A stretch of 61,635 nucleotides of DNA from an uncultured Spirochaetales bacterium. GTDB lineage: Bacteria > Spirochaetota > Spirochaetia > SP-2023 > CAYRNA01. The DNA is taken from positions 1-61,635 of the forward strand of contig CAYRNA010000003.1 of the NCBI GenBank assembly GCA_964425555.1. The letters run 5' to 3'. Each line of letters opens with the position of its first letter. Within the stretch, counting starts at the first letter, position 1. The translations under genes were made by a program, and so were the position numbers. Below, piece after piece: positions 59,809 to 61,635 of the stretch. The notes under the pieces were generated by a model. The model was not told the origin of the DNA. It made no database searches and saw nothing but the letters and a program-made list of their open reading frames with translations.

Positions 59809-61623
59809 ATGAAAATTTTATTAAACACTGTAAAAAATTGGATTTGGCTGGAAAAGCTGTGGCTTGTAGGTTTTCTTTCTGCAGTTCTTTCTCTGCTTTT
59901 TACATGGCCCTATGCCTCTTTTTACTATGTTTTTTCCTTATTAATAAAACTGATCTTTATCGCCTTACTGGCTTATGTCGGTTTTCATTTCCTCTACAAA
60001 AGAGAGGATGACGCAAAACGCTATTTTAGCTTTTTAAAAGTCAGTGAATACTCCATTCTATTCATTTATGTGGCCTATGTGCTCAATAGACTTGCCTCAA
60101 TCAATGCGGAAGAAATGAGCAAAATGTTACCGTGGCAAAATCATCTATCGTTGTTTTTTACCGTCGCGACTATGCTGGTATTTTTTGTTCATAATGTAGT
60201 GTTGCAAAAACGTTACAAAACAAAATATAAGAACACCGATCTCCCCGTAAGCGACAAAAGCCTTCCTTTAAGTCTCCGCTTTTACCGTGCTATCACAAAC
60301 TGGAAAAGCCATTTAGACTGGATAGACGCCCTTGTGCAAACGGCCTTTTTTGTCATCATTATCAACCTACTCTTCGTGCAGTTTTATGTTGTCCCCAGCG
60401 AATCCATGGTACCCACCTTTCTCAAAGGCGATAGACCCATAGTCTTGAAGCTCACCACCGCCCCCCAACTGCCCCTATCTGACACGCCTCTGCCCGTGCT
60501 ATCACAACCCAAACGGGGCGACATCATGGCCCTGCACAATCCCCTCTATGGAAACACCCTGTATTCGCAAGCAAAACGTACCTTGCAACAAATGCTCTTC
60601 TATATCAGCTTCACCACGGTTAACATAGACAAGTTTGATAAATATGGTCGCCCCAAAGCCGATCCGCTTGTCAAAAGAATCATAGGCTTGCCCGACGAAA
60701 GACTGATGATGGTCAACGATCAGGTCTATGTTCAACGAGAAGGCGATTTTGAGAAGCTACAGGATGACGTCCTTTATTCTCAAACAGATCTCTACGAACT
60801 TCCTGCAAAGCAAAGAAATTATGTTGACAACCTCATTATAAATAGTGATCAAAGAGCGTTTCTCAATGTCTTGGATGACGAAATAAAAATGATGAGCAAG
60901 CTATCACCAGCCCAATTTAGCAATAAATTCAAGACATTAGAGCAACTCAAAGCACAATTTTTGAACTCACAATATGCCGACGATTTTCTAAATGATGAGG
61001 AATTAAAAACGGTTTCTCTCAATCCTGCAGATGCGGGTATGCCACCCTATGTATTGCCGCAAAATTTCAACCATTATCGAGAATTGGCTCTCCTGTTGCA
61101 TTTTCTTCGTGAAGAAAATGACACGACCACCACAGATTTTTTTCTTGACTGGCAAAACAATGACGCACGACCAGAACTCTTTTATCAGAATGCACGAGCC
61201 ACAAATATATGGTTTAAACACACCTTGCTAGAGCTTTTCAGCAAAGATTTACAATTATTATTGAATGGCAAGAAAATAAAAGATCTCGATTTAGACGAAG
61301 AACGCAATGAATTGCAGAAAAAATTGCTGTTGTTTTTGACATCTTATCTTTCATTATACGATAGCCGCAACTTCCCTCCCCTGCCAGACAATAGCGCTGA
61401 ACGCATCCCCGAAAACAATTATTTTCTCATGGGAGACAACCGCTACAATTCACTCGATTTCCGTTTTTCAGTCGAGACACACAAGAAAAAAATTGACCCA
61501 CAAGATGCTTATTCTCTTATTTTTTTCTCACGACTCAAGCCACACTATGTGCCAGAATCTTATTTTTTGGGTAAAGTGTTATGGATTCTCTGGCCACCTA
61601 GACGTTTTGGGGACGTCAACTAG
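59809..61623 (+). CDS. lepB: signal peptidase I with a long polytopic N-terminus and a large insertion
   Basis: PSESMVPT (nucleophile Ser about aa 199), VKRIIGLPDE (Lys about aa 289), GDNRYNSLDFR (about aa 542). GGGAG Shine-Dalgarno before the ATG. Confidence 0.85.
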   Translation: MKILLNTVKNWIWLEKLWLVGFLSAVLSLLFTWPYASFYYVFSLLIKLIFIALLAYVGFHFLYKREDDAKRYFSFLKVSEYSILFIYVAYVLNRLASINAEEMSKMLPWQNHLSLFFTVATMLVFFVHNVVLQKRYKTKYKNTDLPVSDKSLPLSLRFYRAITNWKSHLDWIDALVQTAFFVIIINLLFVQFYVVPSESMVPTFLKGDRPIVLKLTTAPQLPLSDTPLPVLSQPKRGDIMALHNPLYGNTLYSQAKRTLQQMLFYISFTTVNIDKFDKYGRPKADPLVKRIIGLPDERLMMVNDQVYVQREGDFEKLQDDVLYSQTDLYELPAKQRNYVDNLIINSDQRAFLNVLDDEIKMMSKLSPAQFSNKFKTLEQLKAQFLNSQYADDFLNDEELKTVSLNPADAGMPPYVLPQNFNHYRELALLLHFLREENDTTTTDFFLDWQNNDARPELFYQNARATNIWFKHTLLELFSKDLQLLLNGKKIKDLDLDEERNELQKKLLLFLTSYLSLYDSRNFPPLPDNSAERIPENNYFLMGDNRYNSLDFRFSVETHKKKIDPQDAYSLIFFSRLKPHYVPESYFLGKVLWILWPPRRFGDVN

Positions 61624-61635
61624 AACACAAAGGAA

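Noticed and set aside
59706-60011. 101-aa ORF upstream of and overlapping the lepB start
   Set aside because: It is out of frame with, and largely overlapped by, the lepB CDS, which has a GGGAG ribosome-binding site at 59809. It has no motifs.

Overview
This 61.6-kb window looks like ordinary core chromosome from a low-GC diderm bacterium. The diderm call rests on a LolA-like protein, a beta-barrel OMP ending in Phe, a long YidC and HtrA. The LL-DAP aminotransferase route, a very long LepB and the cmk-rpsA adjacency are reminiscent of a spirochaete-like lineage, but the taxon cannot be established from sequence alone. The window starts with the origin-proximal rpmH-rnpA-yidD-yidC-jag string. 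I call about 58 CDSs, two tRNAs (Thr-UGU, Tyr-GUA) and a type-A RNase P RNA.

Main blocks, in order:
- purA-purB
- tyrA, a cysteine desulfurase and a WecA-like gene
- a co-linear 8-gene aspartate-family cluster (lysA-dapL-dapB-dapA-asd-thrA-thrB-thrC)
- a minus-strand string rluB-cmk-rpsA, two unknown envelope genes, mazG and an alaA-like gene
- pcrA
- mltG-dnaG-rpoD, a zinc-ribbon gene, rnpB, a TPR gene and mnmG
- an LCP protein, an OMP plus BNR lipoprotein pair, then map-htrA and an orphan ABC ATPase
- a TetR/OmpR-type response regulator/histidine kinase operon
- an M15 peptidase, an esterase, lplA, gyrA and lepB

I found no CRISPR array, transposase, integrase, phage genes or recognisable defence or toxin modules, and I cannot point to a convincing novel multi-gene system. 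The most interesting signals are small-scale:
1. A promoter, an Ile/Lys/Thr-rich mini-ORF and an antiterminator/terminator arrangement ahead of the lys/thr cluster.
2. An AT-rich 456-bp intergenic region next to the TetR operon. It holds a perfect 34-bp palindrome and an orphan promoter-to-terminator unit with no ORF.
3. rnpB wedged with spacers of about 13 nt or less between same-strand CDSs.
4. A core-deleted HemL-like pseudoenzyme placed 2 nt after pcrA.

All functional calls come from motif recognition by eye. No searches were run.
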